Assembly: GCF_009834535.1 (NCBI RefSeq)
Contig: NC_045696.1
Location: 39,620,001 to 39,684,000, forward strand
Length of the DNA: 64,000 nt
Source of the DNA: Camelus ferus
Taxonomy: Eukaryota
Reading direction: 5' to 3'
A model generated the notes under the pieces. It did not search any database. It saw nothing but the letters and a program-made list of their open reading frames with translations, and was not told the DNA's origin. The position numbers and the translations under genes are program-made. Below, piece by piece: positions 51,877 to 64,000 of this stretch (the first letter of the stretch is position 1; every line of letters begins with the position of its first letter).

Positions 51877-53399
51877 TCTGTTGCCTGCCTGGTGATTCAT
51901 AACCACCAGCTTAATTTCTGTGAATATATTTAATTTATGAAAACCAAAACATGTTTAGTTATCAGGGAATTAAGTGTTCATTGCAGTGTGTTTTAAAAAT
52001 AAGCTAGTTTTCTGAGGTGTTTTTAAACATCTTTTTTTCCATAGTTACTTCATCTTAGACTTTTGAAGGGATGTGACTCCCTAACAAGTAGGGGATTTAG
52101 TTTACCACAAATTTTGAATAGAACATGACATTTGAGAGGTACATCTGGTTCCTATAAATTAGTGGGGAACTGGCCGGTGGCAGTTCTTGATGTGGCAAAT
52201 TGGAACCACTTCAGGCCTTTACCTGGATGATTTAGTTTCTTTTTGTTCTACCTGAGGAATTCTAAACCAGACTTGGAGCAGGGATGGTTTGGGAAATCTA
52301 AGATCATACTGGCTTAATTAAGCATTTTTTCCCTACAATTAAGTAAACTATGATTATGAGGAGTTCTTTAGTAGAATGAAGATGCCTTTTGTTTTTAAGT
52401 CAAAAGAAACTGGATAAGTAAGTAACCAAAGAATGCAATTACTTAAAAGTTTGGTGACTGCATTATTTTAGAAAAATAAAGTTTATACAAAGACGCTGAG
52501 CTTGGTAATAAGCTCAAGGAGAAAATTCTTACCTTTTTTTGCCTGGCTTAATTTATTCATTACATTTTGAAAGTTACTATTTGAAATATATTAGGGAAGA
52601 CAAAGAAGACATGAATGAGTAAACCTTTAAGAAGAGTCAAGGTGCTTCTGGATTCAAATGGTACAGTTCATGAAAAATCGATTATCCCCATGATTAAATT
52701 GCAACTTCAAAGGGAAAGCTTACCTAGAGTGCACCAGAGAAGACTCTTGGGGGATGCAAACGGGCCTTCTGACAAAAGTGGTGAGCTGGTCTCTCTTCAT
52801 TTTAATGAATATAACCAAAGGCTGTATGGGGTGGGAGGTGGGGGTGAGGAGAACAAAAGTTATAAGAAGGACAGAATCAAGAGCTGTTCGAAGAGGAATG
52901 AGTGGAAACAATGAATTGGTAGCAACGAACATGCCTTTCTAAAGAGTGTATAAAGGGTGAAATTTTAGGTCATCAGGAACAGGAATAAGTGACATACTTG
53001 AAAGTTGTGTAAGGGGGAGAAAACTGGCAGTTGATTTAACCCAGACATTAAATATGAACTCTGTTAATACCAGCATCTGTTTGCACAGTACCAGTCTCAC
53101 TTGCTTCTTCTGGTAACTTTGAGGTGGAAAAGGCACAGGTGTTCAGTCATCTCCCCATCATGCCGCACAGCCGTAGGCCGCAGCTTGGCTGCTGAAGTTG
53201 AGTCTGATGTAAAGTAATTCGGGCTTCAAAAAGGATGGTGCTGGCTACAGAAAGAGTCCAAGTCAAAAACCAATGGTGGCATTTTCAAATGTTACTGTAA
53301 GTATTATAATATTGGCGTTAAAATTGAGCATTTTGTACACTATGAGTAAAGGCGTAGACCTCAAGGTAGTTTTATCAAAGCAAAAAAAAAACCCACCTG

Positions 53400-56300
53400 A
53401 GCAGGACACATATATACAATTTATTAAAAACACTTGAACACATTAAAGTCTCACTATTTATACAATCTAAATTCTAGCAACATATACAAATACTGGGTGA
53501 CTACAGTACACGCCGAGGTAAGAAAAGTACATTCTGGGAGACACCACTGACACGCAAGCCGTTTTAATTTCTAATATGTTTTTCTACCTTTCCCAGTGCC
53601 AAAAAAAACAAACAGGAGGAGATGAGAAGAAACTAGTCACAAGTTGGATTAAATGAGGATAGGTGCCAAACTGACCTAAAAAATATTTTAATAATCATCC
53701 AACTCTTAGATTTTGCAGTGTAGGGACTTCAAGTTCAGAACTGAAAGGCAGAGCTAACAGGTAATTTTTTAAAGCAGAGCTTCACTGATTTCTCTTATGA
53801 GGGGGTTGAAAAGCTTTTACTGTCCCACCTCATCTATTCATACCATCTGACATGGTGTCTCTGTAACCCTCTTGCTCTCCAGGTGACAATGTGGAGCTGA
53901 GGGAAAGAAGTTCAAGCTTTATCACATTCCATAGAATTATGGCCACATTCATATTTAAACGAGCTCATTTTCTGCTCCCTCCTGTGGGTGGTGGGGGAGA
54001 GGGGCAAGAGTATATGGAACATCGTAATTTCAATTACTGTATAAATCCTCTACTTGAACCATTTCATCAGCAAATAAACCCATTGTTCAATGCAAAGTGC
54101 AAACAGTGAAACATGAAATTAAATAACTGGACTAGACTCTGCACACACAATAGGATCTATTTAGATTTACAGCTTTTAATAAAATATAAATCAGCATTCA
54201 CTATATCTTTAACTGTGCTGGTTCCTAAGATCAAGTAACAGCGAAGTTGTGAGTTTATGAAAGGGCACATCTGCTGCACCACTGTCTTAAAATTTGCATT
54301 AACAGGAAAAAAAAAATTTAATCCAATAAGCCACAGTGACTTGTCTTTTATATGTTTCAATAAAAATTCAAGGGAATTTTGTAAAAAAAAAAAAAAAAAA
54401 AGATTTTCACATTTTCATTTGTTACTTGATTGTCTCCAAAACTGTATATATATATCAGACGTATTAACCTTTAAAAGAAAAAAACCCAAAAGTCCAATAT
54501 GAAAACAAATGAACTAAAAGAAAAAGTACAAAACCTCAACAACCCTTTGTATCAGGCTCAGCTCTTCATTTAGAAAGTAAAATATGTAGTAATAGTAAAA
54601 ACTAGGTATTTTATAAAAAATCATTGGTAAGTTCAAGGACAGCACAGTGGCAATATATGAATCAAGTCTTAAAACATGCATTATTTGAGAAAACATTTGC
54701 TTTTCAAAAAAAGTTCCATGGGAAAACAACCAGGTGCACACAATTACACAAAATAGCATCTTTGGAAAAAATGAAATAGTTACTGAAATTACTTCTCTTA
54801 AAGCTTCAAACAGGCATATGATTTGTGAAAAAGTGTATTTTCTGTGTGCTAAGGATGAATTAAAAAATAAAACAATTGGTTTACTCTCTTCCCACCTGAA
54901 AGGGGATGACTGCATTAATACATGTGCTTTACACATTCATATCTGTTCTAATAAAAATTCAACATCTGTGCCTTTTGTTTCAAATATTTTGAAACAAAAA
55001 TGTATATTGGTCTTTCAGTGAACAAAAATTATGCCTCAAAGTTTGCTGGAAGAAGAAGAGCAAATGAAAATAACATAATCATACAACAAAAAGGCAAGGA
55101 AATCAACAGTTCTGGTTTGAAGCAATGATTTACATACGATACTGATACATACATTCATGGAAACAAGCACAACAAACACTGTTCATCTTTAGTCAAATTT
55201 AGCAAATTCTGGCAGCATCATCTCGTGGCACAGGCTGAGACAATGACTAGAACCTGATGGGGAATGTTAAGTCTACAAACTAAGGTTTACAGATGAGGAG
55301 ATATCAAACTTATATATTTTAATCATACGGTCAGCTTCTCATATCATCTTGCCAGTCTAAAGACTTTTAAAGATGATTTTTACACTACAGGCTAATAAAT
55401 TGCAGGCAGTTTCTATTTCAGCCATCTAAAACTAGTTCTGGGAAAGTACTGACAAAGAAGTTGTCCAGAGGCATCAAAAACAAGAAGGAATTATCCCTTG
55501 CTAGGATGCTGTAACATCTGTTCCCTAGGTGTGATATGAAGGACCACTCACACCTTTCCCACACAGATGGCAGAATCACGCCACGCTGAAGAATACATGA
55601 TGATTTGTATTATGTTGGATCTATAATCATTTACTGTGGAAAACAAATATTTCTTTATTTGACTAAAAATACCTTGAGATTCAAAGAAAACTCTGCATAT
55701 ATAAAAACAAAGAAGGTAAATTCAGGTTACTTACTTTTTTTGGAAGGTAGTTTATATGACTTCTGAGGAATGATTTTGCCTTTCACGTGATAAAATATAA
55801 GTGGGTCTTGTTTAGTATTGACTTAGAAGCCTCAACTTTTCACAACTCTGAGAAAAATTCCATTGCAAAAAAATTCGGCGGCCAGAGAATCTCCTTCATA
55901 GCTTTTTTAAAATTGTGAAGTTGTTCCTGTTTCCACGTGGCGACATTAGAGGATCTGAATTGAGGAGGCTAATAAGCAAGCTTCAACCACTGAAAATACT
56001 CAAGCATCTAGAAACATAAGAATGGGGCTGGCTACTGAGGGCCCTGGTGGAAGAAGTAGGGTAAGACCAGGTCACGTACCATGAAGTGTTAAAGCTCTTA
56101 CGAGTGTCAAAAAGTGAAAGATCAGTCACACTGCGCATTACAGGTCAGTGTCCCAGCTACAGATCTTCCTCAGGAAAGATGGGTAAGTGTATACGATTGC
56201 GATGGAAACCGTGATTATAATCACTGATTATTACAAAGAAATCCAGAAAGCAATAATGGGAGAGGAGGAGATCATGACAATACCCACCTTTCACAAAGAG

Positions 56301-56715
56301 AGCAGAATTTCAAGCCATTAGACATTTTAAGAACAGTACCATGCGTTATTGCCAGTCAGGCTTACAGAGCCATCTCTCGAGTTCATCAATGTACCTGCAG
56401 CATTGGTAATAAATACTCTCAGTGATTTTTAATTTCTTTGAAGTGCATAGTAGGGAGCTTTTTCTGTATTAAAATAGTGTTTTACAGTAGTAACAAACAA
56501 GATCCTTGAAGTTTAATAGGCAAGCAGTTAACTGTGCCACAGTAACACTTCCAAAGCGAAACGGCAAGATTCGTAGTTCCTGTACCTCGGTCACCACATC
56601 CCCCAACCACATCCGTGACAGACATGTAATACATTCTATATAGCACTACCACGAATACAATTTTAAAAAAGGCCATGTGCTTTAAAATGATGCTTTGTGA
56701 AAAGCAGCATCACCT
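53400..56715 (-). other. DCBLD2: DCBLD2 3' UTR (~3.3 kb)
   Basis: AU-rich stretch with no recognisable repeats, from the stop to an AATAAA at 53425-53420 (minus). The end coordinate is inferred. Confidence 0.75.
53420..53425 (-). terminator. DCBLD2 distal poly(A) signal
   Basis: AATAAA on minus with several upstream TGTA motifs and a downstream GU/U-rich element (GGTGGGTTTTTTTTTTG, ~53397-53381). Confidence 0.75.
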
Positions 56716-57185
56716 TCAAAGGATTTCTTTAAAAACATCACATTCACCATCCCTCCCCGCTCCAGGTACCTCCTGCGTGCTCTGCGGCACCTGGTACACC
56801 AGTTCGTCTGGGGCACTCGGACCCAGCTTCCCACCTTTTGGGGTATCATACTGGGCCTGGGCTGAGGAGCAGCTGTCAGTCCTGGAGAGAAGAGTGTTGT
56901 ATGTCCCCACTAAAGGGGGAGGCTGGTTCCCTGCAGCTTTGAAAGTGGACGTTGACGGCAGAGCAACTGAGGCTGCTGGGTGCCCGGACATGTCCACGAC
57001 GATGGGGGTGGCGTACTCGGGCCCAGTGACTGGGAGCGGCTCAGCATAGGCGTGGTACACTTCCTGTGCCGGGGAGCTGTACGGGTCCAGGTCGGCATAG
57101 CCTGCTTCTTTTCCTTCTTCTGGCTTAAAGGTAGATCTCTGATGAAGCGTGCCAGCAATCCCTCCCACAAGTGGCTGTGCGTACT
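56716..57185 (-). CDS. DCBLD2: DCBLD2 last coding exon (intracellular YxxP scaffold region, stop)
   Basis: gtccacag|AG TAC...; (E)YAQPLVGG...[10 protein letters not shown] then TGA. Part of ORF 56716..57243; matches the DCBLD2/ESDN C-terminus as I recall it. Confidence 0.97.
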
Positions 57186-57890
57186 CTGTGGACATCGCAA
57201 AACAGAGACAACAGAAAAGTTCTCTCGTTAATGCAGGGGCCATGCAATTTCAGGTGGCAGCTGCAGGCTCACACCAAAAGCAAACACATCTTTATGGCAC
57301 TTTTGTTATCAACAGAGACCTGTGGATTTTCCTGCAAGGACCAACTTCAAAAATTAAAATGAAAGATGTTATCTTGTATCTCATCGTACTAAGTTGATGT
57401 GCCAGAAAGCTTCATTCATGTAATTCTGCATAAAAAGCGTCTATGTATGTGCTTCAGGTTGATAGAAAATATTTCATTAGAAAATATTCCATTACTGGAA
57501 TAATACTAGTTTCAGAAAATAAGTTCGTAAGATTTTCTTCCTTTTCAAGTATTAGCACCTGCTTAAAATAAGCACAGACTAGGTTAATAGGATAAATTCC
57601 GTAAGGCTCACTGTGTATTTCCTGCTCTCCTTTTAATGTCCTCAAACACCCAATAAAACCAAACTAAATTCCAGGGAAACAGGCAAAATTCCTGTAGTTT
57701 TTAAAAATGACGGCCTCAATTTTATGGATAGAACATCTAAGACAGAAATGACTCTCTCAACGTCTTTTTAGAAGTGGTTCTCCCTTTGGAAACTAGCTCA
57801 CCTCTTATGCATGAAACAGATAAAAAGGTATCGTAAATCCCAAAGCCCTTTAGGGCAAGCCCAGCAGTGTCCTCCTGGGCCCCCGGTTAC

Positions 57891-58028
57891 CTGCAGAGTC
57901 AGTCTGCAGCACGGTGGTGACCTCTCTCGGACTCAGATGATTGACTTCGCTGCTGCTGTAGCGAACTGGGGTTTCCTCATGTTCCACTGACTTGGCAGGG
58001 AGGAACTGCTTCATTCCTTTCCACCAGC
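57891..58028 (-). CDS. DCBLD2: DCBLD2 penultimate exon
   Basis: aatgaag| ... G|gtaacc; 138 nt; (G)[45 protein letters not shown](E). Confidence 0.94.
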
Positions 58029-58169
58029 CTTCATTGCGATCACAAGCAAAAGAGACTATTAAATAAAAAGCTCTGTCTGAAATGATTAACAGTATATTAA
58101 GGGAGAAATCCTGTTGCATTTAAGGCATTTCTGTAGCAAGTATCTATACAAAACTAGCCTTTATGTTGA

Positions 58170-58960
58170 AGCTTTTTAAAATCGTCGTAAAATACACGTA
58201 ACATAAAATTTCCCACCATAACCATTTTTAAGTAAACAATTCAGTGATATTAAGTACATTTACATTGTTTACAACCATCACCACCATCCATCACTGTAAC
58301 TCTTTTCATCCTGGAAAACGGAAACTCCACACCTATTAAACAGTAACTCCTGATTCTCTCCTCCAGCCCCTGGCAACTATGTTCTACTTTTTGTCTTTAT
58401 AATTCTGACTACTCTAAGTACCTCGTATGAATGTACTCCTACAGTATCTGTCTTTTTGTGACTGGCTTATTTCACATAGCATAATGTCCTCAAGGTTCAC
58501 CCACACTGTAATATACAGCAGAATGTCCTTCCTTTTTAAGGCCTAATAATATCCCATTTTATGTACATACCACATCTTGCTTATCCATTTATTAGTTGGA
58601 TACTTGGATTGCTTTCACATTTTAACTATTGTGAATAACACTGCTATGAACTTGGGTGTACAAATATCGCTTCAAGATTCTGCTTTCAATCCTTTCGGGC
58701 ATACACCTAGAAGTGGAATTGCTGGATCATATGGTAATTCTATTTTTAAATTTTTGAGGAACTGCCAAAAAATTCTGTTTTCCACAGAAGCTATGCCATT
58801 TTACATTCCCACCAATAATGCACAAGGGTTCCAATTTCTCTACATCCTTGCCAAAACTGGTTTTGCTTTTTTATCCTCTACTGTGTTTCTCTGTTCTCTA
58901 ATCTTTATTATTTCCTTTTTTTCCTGTAGCTCTGGTTTTAGTCTGTTCTTTTTCTAGTTC
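58170..58960 (-). mobile_element. Old L1M 3' end in a DCBLD2 intron
   Basis: acataaaatttcccaccataaccatttttaag...gactggcttatttcac...ggaattgctggatcatatggtaattctatt...tacattcccacca. Confidence 0.85.
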
Positions 58961-59718
58961 CTTAAGTTGTTCAAGCTTATTTTTTGCTTTGATAGAATAT
59001 CCAGTGCAAAGCAGAACATGGTAGAAACCTCTATCAAAAGCATATACTGAAGCAAATCACTGCTGTTATATAGTGCAGCCAAATACAGTTTGTTGGAGCA
59101 GTGATTTTTAGTAAGTTTTTTTCAGAAACTTCTAAGACCAACCCTAGGGGTAGCAGCATGTGCCCCATCCCCACCACTGCTCTTCCCCAGTCACAGTGAA
59201 CTCTTTTGGCTCCTAATGGTCATTCCAGGAGTGAGACTGGGAAGTGGGGGACCCGTAGAGGGCCCTGGTGTCACCTGCCACAATCTGCCACCCACCACAC
59301 TGAGGAGGAATTCAGAAGATGACAGCTCCTCACAGCACTGTGGTAAACGCCCACAGCGCAGTGACATAGTGTGTCACCAGGACCGCAATCCTCTGCTTCT
59401 TAAAGTGTCCACACGTCCACTACACAGAAAGCAGGTATCCTCAAGATAGGTACATAGATTGGGACAAACCAGACAAGTTTTCCAGAAGAAAAAGAACAGT
59501 GTGTGTTATGACAAATCCTTACTTTCCATTTCATTACTTATTGACTAGAAGAAATTTTACAGAAAAGTAAAAATGATCAGGATAGAAGAGGAAGACCAGA
59601 TTGTTTAACAGTGCTGGGGAGTTGCTGTGGGCGTGAAAAAGACTCTCCTCACTCACTGCTGCCACCTGGAGGGCAGGGGCGCCCCCTGGTGGAAAAGAGA
59701 TGCAAAGCTGTGAATTAC

Positions 59719-59768
59719 CTGCCCGGTCCCAGTAAGGTAAGTCATAGGTGCCTTCAGTTTTTTTCTTT
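59719..59768 (-). CDS. DCBLD2: DCBLD2 juxtamembrane exon
   Basis: ttttccag| ... G|gtaatt; 50 nt; (R)KKKTEGTYDLPYWDRA(G). Confidence 0.95.
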
Positions 59769-61289
59769 CTGGAAAAATACAGGGGGAAAAATAAAGTCAG
59801 CAAATAAGAGTGTATTCACCCATAAGAAAGCTGTGAAATGGCAGGATAAACACCAGAGTTAAAAATTAGTCAAGAACACACATTTCTACTGGCTGGTCTA
59901 CCTCTCTTTCATCTGACTTTCAAAGCTGACACTGCTGTGCTTTGTGAATTCTGGACTCTCAATAAATATGAAACAACTGTCTCCCGAGATAGTTACCTTG
60001 TTACCCAACTATTTCCCTCTGAAAAAAGACTAAATCTGTAGATAAAAATGCTGAATCAAATCAAAGACCCAACTCTGACAAATGGCTTATTGTGGGGAAA
60101 TGAGATTACGGCTGTTTTGGTTCCAAATACAAATTTCACAAATCAGTTGATTCACAAAGTTCACAGAACAACAACAAAAATCCCACATTTTCTTCTGCAT
60201 TGTTATTTTCAACTTTTTGTTTCTTCTAGGCCTTTTGCCCCATAGAAGTTTACGGTGTCACATACCCTTCACTGCACAGACATGATTCCTCCCCACGGCC
60301 CAGTGTAAGTCGAGGCTATCACTAACAGTGAGAACAGGATTCTCCAGGCCTGGGAGGCGAGGCCATGAGTGCAATAAAGGTTCTCCCCAGCCCGTTCCTT
60401 GGAATTCAAACCATCTCCTCTGGAGAAATTCCTGTTCCCTCCCCGACATTAAGAATTACTATCTACCAAGTGCCTTTTACAAAGAAAAAAAAGCACATGA
60501 AAGGTTGTTTTCTGATTCAAGAATGTAAATCTAATTAAAATGACACTTTGCAAGCTGAAGAGAAACAAATTGTTGCAGTTTACAAATGAGGATAAGACGG
60601 TCACATGATTTGCTCAAGATCACAAACGTGGCTTTCTCAAAGAAGCCAAGCTACGTACTTTTCCTACTTGGAAACATGCTTCTCCAATGTAAAACTGTAT
60701 TTTTATTGTTGATACTAAAAGCTTCTTCATTTTAAAGTCTGGCTGTACTTAAAATGTGATATTTCATTATTTCAAAGTAAGGTATAACATAAAACTTGTG
60801 GAAGAGATGGTAGGTACTGAAGCTGTCCAAGGGTTGTACTATAAAGGATGTCACATTCTTAATCTCAAGTGACAAAGCTTCAGGTTACTTCACTATGTGT
60901 AAAGTACTCAGAACAGTGCTGGGTGGGCATGATTAGTTAAGGGTTCAATAAGCTGCAGCTGTTTTTTAAAAATTTTTTTTTCTCCTTGATATTTTCCACA
61001 GCCCCTTAATGACACCTCCTTTACTCCTTGTCACAAAGTCAGCAATTTCAACTACTCTGTTCTTAGACATAACTTTAGTCCTGCAGCTCAGACCTTTTCT
61101 CCTGACCAGGCTCATCCTCCATCTGCTTCTTTAGTCTGAATGTCCACAGGGCCCTTTAAACACCACCCCAAACTGATCCCAGGACTTGCCTCCTGCCTCC
61201 CTCTCAACAACTCTACTCCCCAGTCCCCACCCCACGACCCTGGGTGTTAACCACAGCGCCTGAGACCTGATCGACTGACTGATCAGAGG

Positions 61290-61520
61290 CAGCAGGTTAA
61301 GGGCCTGGGCTGTGAAGCCCCGTCCAAACCTCCTCTCTGCCATGTGCTGGCCAGGTGACCTCGGACAGGTTACTTATGTTCTATTAGTCTCACCTCTTCT
61401 GTAAAATGGGATTTGTAACAACACCTGCGTCACAGGTTGTCTGGAGGGTTAAATAAGTTAAAACATGTAAGGCATTTAGAATCCCGAGTAAATCAGCACT
61501 TAATCTTCCATAAAAATGAG
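61290..61520 (+). mobile_element. MIR SINE
   Basis: gtgacctcggacaggttactt...ctgtaaaatggga...ggttgtctggagggttaaataagttaaaacatgtaaggcatttagaa. Confidence 0.75.
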
Positions 61521-63458
61521 CTGCTGCTGCTGTTCTCATCATTGCTATCGCTGCTGTCCAGTTCCCCAAGAGCACCGTGACCTCTCCCCCTGGGCTCTCC
61601 TAGAGCCCTTCCCTCCACCTTCCCCTACTGCCCTCACCCAAGCTGTTGGTTCTGCTCAGCCTCCTCAGCACCAGAAATCCAGGATCCTCCCGCGGAACAC
61701 ACTGTGTGGCTGGCACTGTTCTGATGTGGGCTCTTTTGTGTTATGATTCCTACTCATTGCGTGTGACACTTACAGGATTTCCGCTATGTTAAGACATGTT
61801 AAGTAGTTCAAGATGGAGCCCAGTGGCCAACACGAACTTCCAGATTAGCTGTTTTGAACTGTCTGCTATCAGGCTGCCAGTGTCTTCGTGATAAACTAAG
61901 ATTACTTTAGATCAGAAGTTTGATGGGCCATGTACGTCACTGGCACAGACAGAGCAAGTGATAGAGCCAAGACCTCCCACCTTCTCCTGCCCCTGAGTTG
62001 AGTGTCTTGAAGGCTCTTCACTGGAGGCCCCGATTCCACACCGCTGAGAGCTGTTCCAGACGGATGCTGCTGGGGCCCTGTCAGAGCCGGGGGCGACTTC
62101 TCACTCACGAGACCCGGGCCAGACCAGAGGCCGTCGCTCATGCTGAAATGCCTCCTTCCCAACTTCTCCTTGGAGTGGATCGTCACCCCCACCTTTCCCT
62201 ACTTTAACTAACCTGTGTTGTGTGCTAATTATATGAAGCAAACCAAGTGATTCATGAATTGAATACTGGCTACTGTTTTGTCTCCAATCTTGTGATTCTT
62301 ACCAGCCCTGACGGCTCGCCCCTACAACAAACAGGTACCATGGTGGCTAGTTTTCTGCAATGTATCCTCTCCTATTCCAGAGACTCTGGGGTTCACCACT
62401 GAGCTCCCAGGACACAGCCAAATACTTGGCATGGAGTAGAAGCCCAAATATTTATTGAACGGCTCAACAAATGAAGCCCCTCCAAACCTGTCATTCCACC
62501 AGACTCCCTCCTGCCCTGTTATTTCAACTCATGACATCTCTCCCGCTCTAACTGCACAAGCCAGAATAACCCTAGATCTCCCACCTCTCTCAGCAAGTAG
62601 CCAGCCACGCACCCCACCGATGCCCCGGGCAGCTCTTCCCCTGCGTCCCTCTCCCTTTCCTAGAACTGCTGTTACATTCCTATATGGCCTTCGTCATCTC
62701 CTAACTCTTCCCTTCGCCTCTTCTAGTCTCTCTCTTCAATCCACCCTCCAAAACTCCTGCCACCACCTTTCTACAATCATCTGGTAATACCACTTGTCTG
62801 CTGAACACTGGTCAGTGACTCCCCATCTACGGAACGACGTCGAATCTCTCTCCCCTGAGAACCATCCTGACCTGGGTCTGGACTCTTGTCCACAGTTCGC
62901 TCTCAGTGCTCACCCACGGCCAAGTCCCCATGAGGACCCACTCATCTGCCTACAATCCACATCTCTGTGCCTTCGCCCAAGCCATCCCTCAGTCTAGCCA
63001 TTCTCTGTCTTCCTCTTCCAGCCAAATCCAACTTCTCCTTTAAGGCAAAACATGCCACATATGAGGATTACTCTGTAAAAAAGATTTCAGGTAACTCTCA
63101 TGGCCCTTGCACCTGTGGTCCCCAGCAGTCAATCCAGCTCAACATTGGAGATAAGAACCATGTCTCAGCCTTTCATTAAATGTCACTAAAGCACCAACTG
63201 TGTGTCTTCCTAATATGTATATCCTAGTGTGTAACACGGAATTTGATATAATAAAAGGTAGTACTAAGTAACTAACTGTGGAATTGAAGTTTTTTTTTAT
63301 GGGAATAAAGGGGAAAAAGGTATATATTTTTGTTCTAATGAATATCTTAACTCATCCTCTCAAAAAAGTGAATTGTAGTTCATCTTCTATACTTGGTTTC
63401 TATTTCACACTGGAAACACCCTCTCTAGGACCAAGCAGGTGAACTAGTTTGTACTAAC

Positions 63459-63552
63459 CTGTTTCTCCAATGCCAAGCACACACCAGTACAAGGATGAGA
63501 GTGGTGAGGACCATTACTAGCACAGGGACAAGGACTGCGGCCAAGGCTACAT
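63459..63552 (-). CDS. DCBLD2: DCBLD2 transmembrane exon
   Basis: Minus strand ttttcag|AT GTA ... AAC AG|gttagt; 94 nt; (D)[30 protein letters not shown](R). Confidence 0.96.
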
Positions 63553-64000
63553 CTGAAAAAACAAACAAAAACCACACATTACAACCAAAGGCAGAAATCA
63601 TTAAGGAAAAGAACAAAGATTAACCATACCATCATTCAAAGATTTTCTATCTAAAAAAAAAAAAAGCATAAACATACTTTATGCAATGAGATTGGGTTTG
63701 AAAAATATGGAGTGTTTCAGGCAGCTACTGCCAAGAGCAGACGGAAGAGCTAACCAGGGAAATGGAGAGACACCGGCTGGTCCTGAGGGCCCCACTGAAG
63801 GAGGATCTGGGTGTCACACTGGCACAAACCTGACCATGACATGACTTTTGCCAGCATCCCTCACAGCCTGGATATAGAAATGGAGAAAGGGGAAGTGCAC
63901 ATACGGTGATTCAGGCTAGAAAGCACTGAGAATTCTGAGAAGTAAATGGTGCTTTATCCCTAAAATAATCTGTGAAACTGGAGAGAGAAAAATCAGGTTC

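Noticed and set aside
56675..57231. Plus-strand ORFs overlapping the DCBLD2 last exon
   Set aside because: Antisense shadows of a GC-rich coding exon; no recognisable protein.
1..64000. CRISPR arrays, operons, rRNA genes or other prokaryote-type systems
   Set aside because: The DNA is spliced mammalian sequence; I see no regularly spaced repeats, long ORFs or rRNA similarity.

Overview
Mammalian (not prokaryotic) genomic DNA, probably camelid, judged from a tRNA-derived SINE that resembles the Vic-1 type as I recall it. The window holds two convergent genes. ST3GAL6 (+ strand) is complete in 9 GT-AG coding exons from 23573 to 51766 (996 nt, 331 aa, sialylmotifs L/S/III/VS intact). DCBLD2 (- strand) contributes its last four coding exons (63552 down to stop at 56716) and a ~3.3 kb 3' UTR ending near 53400. 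The rest is intron and UTR with L1, L2, MIR, hAT, MLT1, ERV1-type solo LTR and SINE remnants; almost all entries in the ORF track are chance ORFs. I see no evidence for a wholly new protein-coding system. The best leads are: a 3.5 kb TSD-bounded L1 insertion carrying ~1.6 kb of captured DNA; a SINE-head/L1-tail composite inside one TSD pair; an overlapping two-strand poly(A) signal (TTTATTAAA) at the gene junction; three same-family antisense solo LTRs; and candidate alternative 5' exons and an intronic enhancer. Repeat family names come from memory of consensus sequences, not from a database search.
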